Positions 39,897-53,685 of a stretch of 64,000 nucleotides of DNA are shown one piece after another (position 1 is the stretch's first letter; each line of letters begins with the position of its first letter). The position numbers were made by a program, and so were the translations under genes. The stretch spans positions 19,840,001 to 19,904,000 of the forward strand of contig OX597834.1 of assembly GCA_951406725.2 (NCBI GenBank), read 5' to 3'. Origin of the DNA: Octopus vulgaris. Its lineage: Eukaryota. The notes under the pieces are model-generated. The model was not told where the DNA came from. It saw only the letters and a list, made by a program, of their open reading frames with translations, and ran no database searches.

Positions 39897-40303
39897 GGCG
39901 CAGGAGTGGGTGTGTGGTAAGTAGCTTGTTTACCAACCACATGGTTCCTGGTTCAGTCCACTGCATGGCACCTTGGGCAAGTATCTTCTACTATAGCCTC
40001 GGGCCGACCAATGCCTTGTGAGTGGATTTGGTAGACGGAAACTGAAAGAAGCCTGTCGTATATATGTTTGTGTGTGTGTGTGTGTGTTTGTGTGTCTGTG
40101 TCTGTCCCCCTAGCATTGCTTGACAACTGATGCTGGTGTGTTTACGTCCCCGCCACTTAGCAGTTTGGCAAAAGAAACCGATAGAATAAGTACTGAGCTT
40201 ACAAAGAATAAGTCCCGGGGTCGATTTGCTCGACTAAAGGTGGTGCTCCAGCATGGCCGCAGTCAAATGACTGAAACAAGTAAAAGAGTAAAAGAGTAAA
40301 AGA
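39897..40303 (+). mobile_element. SINE family A, full-length reference copy
   Basis: Head GGCGCAGGAGTGGGTGTGTGGTAAG, B-box-like GGTTCAGTCC, central (TG)n, tail GAAACAAGTAAAAGAGTAAAAGAGT. Further copies at ~23005-23400 and 61165-61550 (+), and 63210-63615 and 63706-64000 (-). Confidence 0.92.
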
Positions 40304-40800
40304 ATATAGTATACATGCATCTATCTATCTGTCTGCCTGTCTGTCTGTCATGTGTTGATGATATTGATAATAGCATATCACTGATATATCATTATCAGAT
40401 TTGAAGCATGTCCCGCAATGCATTTTCAGTGGTAGTTTACAGTTCTTGCTTTGAGTTTTCTTCAATGTATTATTTGTCCCTTTATTATTGCTATCTGTCT
40501 TTCTCTCCCTCTTTCCAACTTTGTGGGTGTGTGCACTTTGTTTTCACTTAGTAAAAAGTAAACATGGAAAAATTATGGTCTAATGTTAATTACTTCTGTA
40601 ATTAAGAACTGAAACATTTCTCCAAGACAGTTTAATTCCATTTTTTTTTTCTTTTCTGCTTTGGTTTTGTAGAATTTTGCAGAGAGCTTTTGTTGACTAT
40701 ATACTGTTTTCCATAGCATACTTTTCTGCTGCTGCTGCTGCTGCTGCTGCTTCTATCATCCTTATTATTATTAGTAGTAGTGGTAGTGGTGGTGGTTGTG

Positions 40801-40838
<38 letters not shown>

Positions 40839-41273
40839 TGGAGTAGTAGAAGTAGTTCCTCTATTTATTTTTTGTTTTTGTTTTCTTTTGTAACATTTAT
40901 TTTCGTTACACTTAGTATGTCTGTAAATTTCATCACTGAAATTTTCCATTTTTATTACATTGTTTAAAGTTGGAAATTTTTGCTGATGGTTTAGCTTTAT
41001 ATATTTCGTTTTTTTTTTTATGTAAATATATACATGCATATATGTGAATGTGTGCATGTGTGTGTGTGAATATACATACACACACAAAAAAAATTTTTTT
41101 TGTTTTCTTTCTCCATTCTTTACATTTCTTTTTTTCTTTTTTTAGCTCTTTCATTCTTTCATTTCGTTTCAAGAATTTATTGTTGTGTGGATGATTTTTA
41201 TCTCCTATCTAATTCAAAAAGAATTTATTGACTGAAAAGGACTTTTATTTAAATTCATCATTGTTGTTGTTGC

Positions 41274-41318
<45 letters not shown>

Positions 41319-41418
41319 TACTACTATGGTCTTTGAAATTTCAATTGAATTTTAAGGCTTTGTGAAAAACGGAAAAAAAGTGGATCAACGCAGAAAAAAA
41401 ATTTCTGGCTAATTTTAT

Positions 41419-41514
41419 ATGAGCTTGTCAAGTAGTGGTTTTATCGGCCAAGTACTTTCGAACGTGCTGCTTTTAGCACCTTTATGTAAAAGCCCTCTAT
41501 CATCTTGTTCTATG
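41419..41514 (+). CDS. Candidate alternative first coding exon (MSLSSSGFIGQVLSNVLLLAPLCKSPLSSCSM)
   Basis: 32 open codons in a locally CpG-containing unique stretch, ending ATG|GTAATC, phase 0; the donor is only moderate. Confidence 0.28.
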
Positions 41515-41777
41515 GTAATCATGACATGAATTCTTCACTTCAAAATCTGATAGATTTACTTTCCTTTTTCATTTTTATTTTTACTTTTGTTTCCACATTT
41601 ATTCAATGATTTATAAAAATTTACGTTTGTAAACTATACAGAAAATAAAAAAAAAGAAACATGACAAAGATTTAAAATATTTTTTTTTCCTTTTTTAAAC
41701 ATTTAAAATACTTTTAAATATTGTGAAATTTAAAACAAGTAAAACATAACTTAAAAACTTATTCTTAATTTTCATTT

Positions 41778-41823
<46 letters not shown>

Positions 41824-41974
41824 GTATATACACACATACATATAAATATGTATAAACACACAAATATTTATATGTGTTTATGTATCTATCTGTTTATCTA
41901 TCTCTCAATGCATACATATATTTATACATATATATAGTTACATAAATATATACATATATGTGTGTGTGTGTGTG

Positions 41975-42049
<75 letters not shown>

Positions 42050-42221
42050 TCTACATTATCTTTTCTTGTTTTCTCTTTCTTTAAATCTATATGTGTTGTC
42101 CTTTGATCGCTCATACAGATATTGAGATTATTATTTCTTCTGTAAACATTTATCCAGAAGTACCATGATTTTAGCTGCTATTGGAATGGCAGATAGCAGC
42201 ATTAGAAAAAAATTGAATATT

Positions 42222-42265
<44 letters not shown>

Positions 42266-42635
42266 TGTTTTAATATTTTGTATTGTTACACTTGCCTTTC
42301 TAAAATGTAGCAAAGAAAATGATCAGCTACTTTAAACTCAGCTCAGAAATAATCATAAAAAAACAGTTGATATTTGTGATTTTTGTTTCAATGGTGCATA
42401 TAAGGGGAGGGTTTTAGTGGGAAGTGATTGTAATTTTTCACTTATTTATTTCTCTATGTATTCAGGGATTATGATATATATAAAATACAGATTGCTACAT
42501 GCGTATATCATTAGACGTTTCTTCATTTTAAGCATACATATGTTAATATCTATTTGTCTGTCAGCCTATCTGTTCGTCTATATTACTTTGCTTAAGGTTT
42601 GCCTTACGAATAACAGAGGGTTAGAACTCAATATA

Positions 42636-43311
42636 TGAGAGGAAGTCAAAAATTATCCGTACTTTTGTCATAACATATCTTTATTTTTGTCACACTGCCT
42701 TCTGTGCATGCGTGCTTACAATTGGTACTATTGTGGTCTTGTGATCGAAGTTTGAGCCTAATCACACCATTTTTATTTCTGGCAATGTGCACCAAAGAAG
42801 AACAAAGAGCAGGGGTCCGATTTCTCTGGAAAAAGGGTCTATGCTCAACGGTGAAAGATATAGTGTTTTGCTGGCAAACAAACTGAAGCTAGCAATTTGC
42901 ACCAAATGCTGAAACCTATTGTCAAAGAAAGTTTTGTTGTTGCATAACATTGCACGCCCCACACGGCCACCCAGACCACTGAAACTATTAACCAACTGGG
43001 TTTTGAGGTGCTGGTACACCCTACCTACAGCCCAGATCCTACCACTTCCAACTATCATATCTTTAAACCGCTCAAAAATGGTTTATGAGTTTGTCGATTT
43101 CCTACAGATTAAGATATGAAGGAAGTGGTGCATAAATGGTTGCGTGACCAACTGAAAACTTTCTTCTTGGAGGGAATATGTAAATTTGTGAACCGCTGGA
43201 CCAAGTGCATCGAAAAGGAAGGAGACGATATAGAAAAATGCCCTACGTGTTTATCCCCTGCTTTTGTGTAAATACGTTTAAGAAACGTGTATAATTTGTG
43301 ACTCTCTCTTG
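42636..43311 (+). mobile_element. Internally deleted, degenerate mariner element with both TIRs
   Basis: TA-TGAGAGGAAGTCAAAAATTAT...ATAATTTGTGACTCTCTCTTG-TA; remnants CTKEEQRAGVRFLW, KVLLLHNIARP, HPTYSPD and RWTKCIEKEGDDIEK. Confidence 0.85.
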
Positions 43312-43540
43312 TACATACATTTCATAAAAATGATATAAAGAATCTATAAGGCTATGAAATCCAAAGTGTTGGGGGTGGTGCAGTTTTATGCGAGAAGATG
43401 AATAGTTAAAGAAACAAAGATGGAGTGGGGAAAGTATTTTCTTGTTTTAGAGTAGCTACACAACTACTCACATGTGTATATAATCAGTGTCCTTATGTTT
43501 ACAAAGGGGAGACAAGCACCTCCACCCAGCTAAGCCTGCA

Positions 43541-43582
43541 TCCAGAGACTAGTTTCTGAGTCTTGTTCATCATCAGTCTGGA
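43541..43582 (-). ncRNA. Canonical minimal type I hammerhead ribozyme
   Basis: UCCAGA-CUGAUGA-UGA(acaagac)UCA-GAAAC(UA)GUC-UCUGGA: perfect 6-bp stem I, intact core, palindromic stem III (ACUAGU), GUC cleavage triplet. Confidence 0.88.
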
Positions 43583-44252
43583 CTAGCATGGCCTGCTAGT
43601 TGGAGATACTTGTCTAGACCTTGTAAACATAAGGACACAGGAAATGTGTCAAAGCCAACAAGAAGCGTTGATGCTTCCTAGGGCTAAATAGCAGTAGTGT
43701 GATTCTCTTCATGGGACTGTCACATTAAGTTGACTGTAGACAACTACTCTATCGTACCACTACTGCTTATATCTCTCTGAGATATTTAGAAATGTAATAC
43801 TTATATGTATGTACACACACACATACATGTGTGTGTGTAAATATATAAAACTGCAGCCATTATATACACTAATAGCCTATTCCTGAATACATATATATAT
43901 ACATGCAATTCTATGTCTATGCATACATGTATGTTAAAATCCACATAAATATCAAAACATCACACATAGATCTATGTAACAACATAAGAGTCGAGTCAAA
44001 AGTCATTTGTTCAAAACCGTTTTTTTTTCTTTATCCCAGATTCCTGATAGATTGCTGATGTTGTCATTGCAGACAGAAAATAAACTTTAACCCATTGCTA
44101 AAACTGATCTTTAAATTTTTGCAGCATCTGTCCAATTAAATTACTACACACACACACACGCACACACGCACGCACGCACGCACACATACATACATACATA
44201 CATATATATATATATATACATACATATAAATATACATATATACATATATACC

Positions 44253-44290
<38 letters not shown>

Positions 44291-45362
44291 CATACATACA
44301 TACATACATATATACATACATATATATAATACATACACATACATACGTACATACATACATACGTACATACATATGTACATATATGTATACACACACACAT
44401 ATATATATATATATAGATATATATATGGTGATGATGTTTATATACATATATACATATACATATAAGGTCTATATAATTCATATATGTAGTTTAAGTGTAG
44501 AGCGATGTTGTGCAAGCTAGATCAATACACCTGCTCATGTACATATTCATATATACATAACCATATAGATATATTATGTAGACATTTATGTACATATATT
44601 TAAATATACATAATCAAATATACAACAATGTATATACATTTTTATATGCATATGTATATACATAGCTATCTATCAACTGAAATATATATGTATATCCATG
44701 TGTGTGTAAGCAAACACAAACGTTTAAGAATGTATGTCTGTGTGTATGCATGGGTGTATAGTTTAGTAGCTTTGTGTGTATGTATGGAATATAATTTGTT
44801 TAGATCTAAAAACACATATATGTAAGAATCAGGTTAAAACATAGACTTACCACTAAATATATAAATAAATTTTAAAGATGTTTTAATAATTTCAAAAAGA
44901 ACCATTTTTATGTAGTTTCATAAAAATCACAAAACATAATAAACACACACACATACACACACACATACACATGTATGTTTGTGTATATACTAAGATATTC
45001 ATCATGTACTAGGACAATTTTATTCCAAAATCTCAGACATTCTTAAATAGAAACCAAAATGTTTTTCTAATTCAACTGACATCTTGTCTTTGGAGACATC
45101 AAATGAAGAAATACTCATGTCTCTATTTATCTTTATCTCTAATCTCTTCCAGTCATTCAGTGCAGCCATGCTGGAGCACTGTCTGGAATGGTTTTAGTTG
45201 AACGAACTGACCCCCGCCCCGGTACTTATTTTATTTTCAAGTCTCAGTCTCTTTAACTGAAACACTAATTTATTGGGATATAAACAAACCACCACCGGTT
45301 ATCAAGAGACAGACACAAGCACGAAGATTCACACATACAAAGACATGCTTATATATATGTAT

Positions 45363-45422
<60 letters not shown>

Positions 45423-45471
45423 GCATATATATATGTATATATATATATATATGTATGTATGTGTGTGTGTA

Positions 45472-45541
<70 letters not shown>

Positions 45542-46394
45542 TATGAAAGGCTTCTACACAGTTTCACTCTGCCACATTCGCCCACAGGACCTTTGTCAGT
45601 CTCAGGGTATCATAGAAGGTGTTTACCCAAGATGCTGGACTGTGGGACTGAACTGGAAACACTATGCTTGCAAAGCAAGCTTATTAATCACACAGTAAAG
45701 TCTGCATAAGCAGTGGGCTTTACGCAGTTTCCATCTACCATGTTCATTCATATAGCATTGGTTTATCTGAAGTTATAGAGAACGACACTTGCTCAATGTA
45801 CTGGATAGTGGGACTGAACCCAAAGCCATATGGTTGCAAAAAGAACTTCTTAACCTCACAGCCAAACCTGCACACATAACTGGCTTCTTCACAATTTCCA
45901 CACACCCCCAACTTCCCTCACAAGGCATTGGTTGGCCCAGGGCTATATTAAAAGACATTCACCCAAGAAGCCACACTGTGGGATTGAACCCACATCATCA
46001 TAGTTGCAAAGTCAGCTCCTTATCCACACAGCCATGCCCATTTTTATCCATATTACCTATTTTATTTATTTATTCACTTTTTTTTCACAATTGTCTGCTG
46101 CAATTTTATTTTCCTTCCTTGGAATTTGTCGAGCCTTACACAGGTCATTTTTCCTTTCTTTTCAATATAACGACTGCTTCTTTTCAACACATTTGAAGAC
46201 AGTTTTGGTTCTTCTATGACAGGCTTCCTGTCAGAATATACCAGCTTTTTAGTTTTTGTGTCAAAATTCAGACGTCTTTTAATTTTTATATTTTTTTAAA
46301 TATCTTTTCTTGTCTGCTTTTAGTTTTACTTTTGTTTCTGCCTACATATATTTACATGATACGTGATAAATGTATGTTTATGTCTGTGTGTGTG

Positions 46395-46427
<33 letters not shown>

Positions 46428-46669
46428 GTATTAGTGTGTGTGAGCATGTGTATAACCATGTATATGTAAGTATATATATGTGTATATATATATATATGTA
46501 TTTATATGTATATATACTTGTGTGTATATATGTACGTATATGTCTGTATACATGTATATATATCTGGGGACATGTGTATGGTTAAAGTTATTCAGTTTTA
46601 TTGTTTTATATATTTCATCACCAAACTCCAAACTTAATAAATTCTTTATTTACACTTTCCTCTCATCAT

Positions 46670-46707
<38 letters not shown>

Positions 46708-48536
46708 CTTATATGTATATAGGAAATAATACAAATAAGAAATATATATTTATATATATATATTGCATATAATATTTCTCTGTATATTTATTACATAATA
46801 TATATATAGACACACACATATATATATTATATACATAAGTATAATATATAATTCATATATTATATATGCATATAAAATATATAATATGATATAATATATA
46901 TATTCCATCGGTGTGTGTGTGTTTGTTATCTGTCTGTGTTTCTCTCTCACCCTCTCTCTCTTTCTCTCTCTGTTTGGAATTGTCGTCAAGGAGAGACCAG
47001 ATTACAATATTGTTCCCATGTTATTTCAGTGGAACCACTTTTTAAGGAGACTCAGCTGTCATCTCCATCAGACAGTTCCTTCCTTCTCTTCTCTTTGCCA
47101 CATTGTGTTGACACTTGTAAACAATCCCTGACTCACTTGTCTCCACACATTGAATTTTCACATATGTATTTATGATGGCTTCACTCACTTCTTGCCTCTT
47201 CTGTTAAGATGGAGCCCTTATACTGTTAATCAGCCTGCTTGAAATAACAACAAAATGCACCCTCCAAAAATTATGCATTCCTCCTCATCATCTTCTTCGT
47301 TATCATTGATTTAACATACACTTCTCTATGTTTGCATGGGTGATTCAGAAATCATCAAAGTAGATTTTGCATGGCTGGATACCCTTCATGTGACCAACCC
47401 ACGCCCTATTTTCAATCAAGGTAATGTTTCTCCATGGTCTTGGGGTGGCAAGCTGGCAGAATCGTTAGCACATTGGGCGAAATGCTTTCTTCAATCTTTA
47501 TGTTCTGTGTTCAAACACAGCCAAGGTCAACTTTACCTTTCATCCTTTCAGGGTTGATAAAAAAAGTATCAGTTGAGGACTGGGGTCGATGTAATCGACT
47601 TACCCACTTCTCCTGGAATTGCTGATCTTGTAGCAAAGCCTGTGTTTCCCCATGGCCTGATAAGTTTTTCGCAGAAGACTGGAAACGAGGGACTTTGCTT
47701 GTATGGTGATGACACTCTTTTATGACAATCATCCAATGTCAAGACAAAGAGAGAGAGAGAAATACACGCACGCACACCATCATTGCTACACATTTCAACG
47801 AGACAATTTAGAGGGTTGCACCAGTTTCTATGTCTGTTTTGGCAAGGTTTCCACTGCTGACACAAAGCCACCACACTTAATACGACTCCCACCTCCAGCT
47901 CGAAAGGTTTTTGTCTTGCAAATTAGTTGGTGACCATGTCACAGCTGATGCCATGTAAAACACACTGGTGCTGGATGCCACATAAGAATCAGTGATGCTG
48001 GCATCAAGTAAAAAACAAAGGTACTGATGCCATGTAAAAAACACTGATGGTTTCTTTTTCTGTCAGAATTATTATTATCAGAATGTGACTCATTTTGTTA
48101 CATTGTTAATACATTATGTTATGTTTTTAATAACGATATGTCATGTTATGTTGTTAATGCCGTTGGTTTCTAATGTTTCTTATTTGTGAGACATTCTATA
48201 TTCACAGACATTGGTCCAGAGATAGTAAAATCTTCTGGCTCTTGCCCTGCTTTTTCTATTTTCCACTTAGTAAGTCATAAAAAATATCATCAATATCGTC
48301 ACAATAATCATCATCATCATCATTATCAATATTATCATCATCATCATCATCATCTTCGTCATCATCACCATCATCATCATCATCTTAAGTCTGCCTTTTC
48401 ATCCTGGCATGAGTTGGATCGGATTGTATTTCTTGTATTTCTTGTCTTTTTTTGAGGCTGATACCCTTCCAGATGCCAACCTTTGTAGTTAACCCCAACA
48501 ACATTTAGACATATGGTTCACCAATTCTAAAAGCTA

Positions 48537-48745
48537 CAAGGGTGAGCTAAAAAGTTCCTGGCTTTAAGGGTATCGGAAGGTTGGAGGACCAACCTTCCAT
48601 GTTCTATTAAAGGGCTTAGAAGAACTAAAGAACTGCTGCAATAAGTGTGTGAATCAGAGAGGGGAATATGTTGCATAAAATCATAATTAACTGATCTTCC
48701 TGTATTTTCTTTTACCCAGAGTTAGGAACATTTCAGCACCCCTTG
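48537..48745. mobile_element. Mariner-derived MITE
   Basis: TA-CAAGGGTGAGCTAAAAAGTTCCTGGC...GTTAGGAACATTTCAGCACCCCTTG-TA: imperfect TIRs and a TA TSD. Confidence 0.75.
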
Positions 48746-49442
48746 TAAAGGGTCAAAACCCATTTTGGTCATGAAGGATCTTGGGATTGCATCTAGAAAG
48801 TTCCCCTCTGAGGTATGGTTGTTTATGGAAGACCAGCAGTCACCCATGAGACCAATCTCTTCTCTCCATGTTACCAATGTTATCCAAGGGAAAAATGAAG
48901 GCCGATACAGCTCGGCATCAGTGACATTGCAACTCATTTCTACAACTGAGTGAACTGAAGCAACTTGAGGAAAAGTGTCTTGGTCAAGAACACAACACAC
49001 AGCCCAGTCCAGGAATCGAACTCACTACCTCATGATTGTAAGCCCGATGCTCTAACCACTGAGCCATGCACCTTCACAGCACCCTTTGTAAGCTTTCACA
49101 AAACCATATTTACAATGCAGCACCGTATTTTAATAGACTGGATTCAAACTCTCCATGTTTATTACCATTTGTCATGTCTTAATGTTCTAACCACTTGTCC
49201 ACCACTGTCCCAATGTTGTAGCAGACAAATACACAGCGTTGACAGTTGAATAAATTTCAGTTTTTAAAAATGAATAAGAATAAACTATTGCGAGGAGTTT
49301 TATTCACTGTAGACTTTGTTCTCTTGCAAAAAGGTGGGGAGGGTGTTAGCAATTTGACGAGCAAAATCAATTTAAAACTGATCAAATGATCAATTACAAA
49401 AATTATCTCTTTGTATAAATAATAATTATCATTTGTCATATA

Positions 49443-49488
<46 letters not shown>

Positions 49489-49621
49489 ATTGAGAAAGTT
49501 GGAGTCAACAAGTCTCTCTTTCTCTCTCTCTCTATATATATATATGTATGCATATATATATATACATGTATTTATATATATGTATATATATATATATGTG
49601 TGTGTGTATGTGCACATATAC

Positions 49622-49669
<48 letters not shown>

Positions 49670-50615
49670 ATGTATATCTATATATATATATCTTATATAT
49701 GTATATATATATACACACACATATACATACATATATATATATATATAAATTGTTTTAATTTATTTTATTTTTCCTTAATCAAGTTTTTCCGAAATGAAAT
49801 TTAAAAGACAATGAAATTAATCAAGGCCACACAGTTTTAATAGCTTGTTAAAATGTTCATTGCGAAGAGTTGAAGGATAGAATTTTAGTGTAGCTAATAA
49901 AAAAATCTATAGCTTTTAGTGTGTTTCTGTTTAATGGTGTGTAAAAGATTGATTGTTTTTGCAGTGTACTGGGACATCGCAGTAGTTTATGTGTGTGTGA
50001 GTATATGTGTGCGTGTGTTTAAATTTATGTATTCATTTTGTTGAGACTTGTTGAAGTTTGATTTGTAATGCTAATGAAAAGAGCAACTGTGACAGACTTG
50101 TGAATGCATGTCAACTTTTCTCTCTGTTTTGAGTCAAAATATGGCATCTCCCCTGAGTGACTATGGTTTATACGTATTTCAAAAACTTGAGTAAATCATC
50201 TCCATCATCACAGTAGGTCCAATGTAAAAGTGTGGAGACTAATTACCAGGTTTTACAAAAGCCGTAACAATGTCACTATGTTTGTATCTGTGAGTTTACT
50301 AATGTATAATAATACCGTGAAATGGGTAGGAAGATCAATTTGCAACTCTGAGGTATTGGGTTTGATATCACTGTTTGGTTTCTTAAATGAGTTTTATTGT
50401 AATTTCAGGTTGATTCCAAATTTGTGAGTAAAACTGGGTTGACAGGGAATGTGTGGATGCTCATCTCATCGGCTGGTCATTATTCGTCTCTGGTTATGCT
50501 CTAAGCCGTGCCTTCATTGATTTCATTGGTGCTGGTCATCTTTTATCTTTGATCTTTTACTGAATTCAACCAAAAGCTGGGACCATGCTGGAGCACCCCC
50601 TTTCAGATGTGAGAT

Positions 50616-50698
50616 GCTTACAGCACCTAGGTTTCCCAAACTGTCATCCATCTAAGTTCTAAATAGGCTTGACGGTGCAATGTGATATGGCTGTAAGC
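50616..50698 (-). pseudogene. 5S rRNA pseudogene with internal deletion
   Basis: GCTTACAGCCATATCAC..GCCTATTTAGAACTTAGATGGATGACAGTTTGGGAAACCTAGGTGCTGTAAGC aligns to both ends of 5S. Confidence 0.75.
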
Positions 50699-50852
50699 TA
50701 ATAATGATAGTTGCAAATATTTTCACAAGACCAGTAATTTGAAGAGAAGGTTTAAGATGATTACATCGACCCCAGTGTTCAACTGGTACTTATTTTATTA
50801 TCCCCAGAAAGTTGAAAAGCAAAGTTAACCTCAGTAGAATTTGAACTTAGAG

Positions 50853-51010
50853 CAGGGGTCACCAAGCTGTGGTTCACAGGTCGGATCCTGCCCGCAAGGT
50901 CAGCTCATCTGACCTGCCACCATGCTCTACCTTTTGTGTAAGTACCTGCATTGAGAATTCATTCCTGCAGGGATCATGTTTTAAATTGCATTGCCATGTT
51001 TAAACATTCT
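50853..51010 (+). mobile_element. hAT (Charlie-like) MITE end
   Basis: CAGGGGTCACCAAGCTGTGGTTCACAGGTCGGATCCTGCCCGC resembles common hAT MITE termini; the other end was not found. Confidence 0.4.
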
Positions 51011-51723
51011 CTTCACAAGAACGTTTGCTGAAAATGAATCTGTCACTCGTACAAGTCAGAGAACTGAGTTAAGCTCCACTATTTGTTTTGACATGGTTTC
51101 TATAGCTGGAAGCCCTTCTTAATACCAGCCCCTTTGCAGAGTGTTCTGGGTGCCTTCTCATGTCAGCAGTACTTGTGAGATCACTAAGTAGCTTGTAAGT
51201 GAAGACTGAACTGATGGGGGTGGGGTATCGGAGGAGATGTTTTATGTCAGGTGTTGAGAGGCAAGAGTATGACAGTGGGATTGGTGCAGGTATCTGGCTG
51301 TAAGAGGAGAGAAATGGCTACCCCCAGTTGGAAAAGGAGAAAAATAGATGATGGCTATAGAATATTTGGATTCACCTCTCATGGTACAAGAGGAGGAATG
51401 TGAAAGCAGTGAAATGAATGTGAATGTTACAGTACATGTGTGCTGTAAATTGTCAGCATGACTCTATCAAAATGCAGTTGTTGTATTTATCTCCCAGTCT
51501 CGAATCAGATCATGTGACAATTACAACAAAGAGATACAAAAATAAAAGCAAAATTGAAATGGAGCCCAAATGTTTTCATTCCCTTTAAACTTTGATACCA
51601 TTTTTGTTTTTGAATGGTACCAATAATAAAGCTTTTGATACCATTCAAACCTCGATACTATTTTTCTTGAATTGGTGTAATGATAAAAATTTTCACACCG
51701 TTCAAACTTTTATACTTCCTTAA

Positions 51724-51942
51724 CCCTTTAGCGTTCAGATTATTCAATCAAGCATAATGCCTATTGATTCCCATTTATTTGAATTAATCATGTATTATCT
51801 CATATCTTCAAGATCTTGATGGTGTAATTACTTAATGTAGAATAACATTGTAGGGTAGGTGTGAGAGCCTGGATCTGGTCAATTTGAACAGAAAACAGAT
51901 TAACTATTTTGGCCGGATATGGCCGGTTTAAATACTAAAGGG
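51724..51942. mobile_element. TTAA-flanked MITE (piggyBac/Kolobok-type target)
   Basis: TTAA-CCCTTTAG...CTAAAGGG-TTAA; partial copies near 30600-30720, 34980-35150 and 57870-57990. Confidence 0.8.
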
Positions 51943-53083
51943 TTAAATGGTATCATTATCAAATAATTCAATACAATTCATACTTTGACACCATTCTTCT
52001 TGAGTGGTGTCATGACCAAACTTTTAATACCATTCTTCTTGAATGGTATTACAAAAATTGTTACCGGTTGTGTTGAATACACTCTCTACATTATAAATCT
52101 AACCAAACTGGAATGCCCTGAAATCCTCTGAATGGAAGCAACAACTGCTGTTTTGCAGGGATAATTCTGTTAGCAAACAAAGATTATTTATTACGCAGGG
52201 TCTGTAATTTAAACATTACTACAAAAGACTACCTTTATTATCATTTCTAGGAATAGGAGACAAAAATTTTAAGGGCGGAATAAATCAAATACCAGCTGGC
52301 TATCACAATGGTAATTACAACACCAGCTGTCTAGTAGATTTAGTATTCAAAGAAAACAATTATATGTATATATATATATATATATAAAGAAAATGACCAA
52401 ATTAGAACAGAGAAAAACGAACACATAAATATAATCAGGGAAAACAATAGGAAAAAATATTACTAATTATCTTAACCAGTGGAACATAGTGTACTATTGA
52501 AGTTACACGAAAAATAACATAACGTGATACTATAAAATGTATGGAAATGTTCTGTAAAGGCTGAGGACAAAAAAAAAATATTGGCTATAAACAAAAGCAA
52601 AAAATGAAAAACTGAGTAAATATCAAAAGAAAACACAACATAAAAAATACATTGTGATGTATTATTAAAGGTAAAATGCGATGTAACTAACAAAAAAAAA
52701 AAAGATAACGAAAGACTAATTATGTATTGCCAGCCAACCTCTTGTGAACGCCTGTCTGAGTGTGTGTGTGTATGTGTGTGTGTATGTGTATATACACATA
52801 CGCACATATACTTCATTTATAGACATAGCCAGAGAAAATTATATATATAATCTACAGAAATATCCACCATTATTTCTCTCTCTCACATATAAATGCATGT
52901 ATATGCCTGTGTGTAGATACACACACACCTATATATATGTGTGTGTGTGTGTGTGTGTATACATACATACATATATATATATAGATAGATAGATAGATAG
53001 ATAGATAGAGATATGTGTGTGTGTATGTATATATGTATGTTATGCATGTATTCATGTCTATATCTCTGCATATATGTATGTAC

Positions 53084-53140
<57 letters not shown>

Positions 53141-53144
53141 GGTT

Positions 53145-53177
<33 letters not shown>

Positions 53178-53685
53178 CTACATATACACATACAACAAAT
53201 ATGTTTCTGTGTGTATGCTTACATCTGCTAGGAATATATAATTAATTGTTGTTCCACCATATTCTTGCAGGTGATATACATCAGAAGATTTATGGTAGCA
53301 GCCAAAATTCTAGATCTGTGGTCTTGTGGTCTGCTGCAACGTCAGAGCCATTCTTTTAATATTCTACACTCTGAGAAACGCAATCATGATGATGACAATG
53401 ATAATGACGATGGTGATGATGATGTTCATGTTGTAGTCATGGAGACTGTAAGCATTACATCTGAGTGTTTACTGTTATCATACTTATTCTGGTCACATGA
53501 CCTCCCCCTCAAACATCAGTGAAATTATAAACTAAGTAGGAGTTAGTCGTTGGTGTCTGTGCATCATCGTTTAACGTCTGCATCTACTTTCTATGTTTGG
53601 CGTGAGTTGTACAGTTTAACCACAGAACTGGTGAGCTGCAGGGATGTATCAGGCACCTGTGTCACCTTTGGCTTGTTGACCAGAG

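Noticed and set aside
53271-53522. Good acceptor TTCTTGCAG followed by an open frame
   Set aside because: No recognisable protein or strong donor; the frame length is partly due to (GAT)n.
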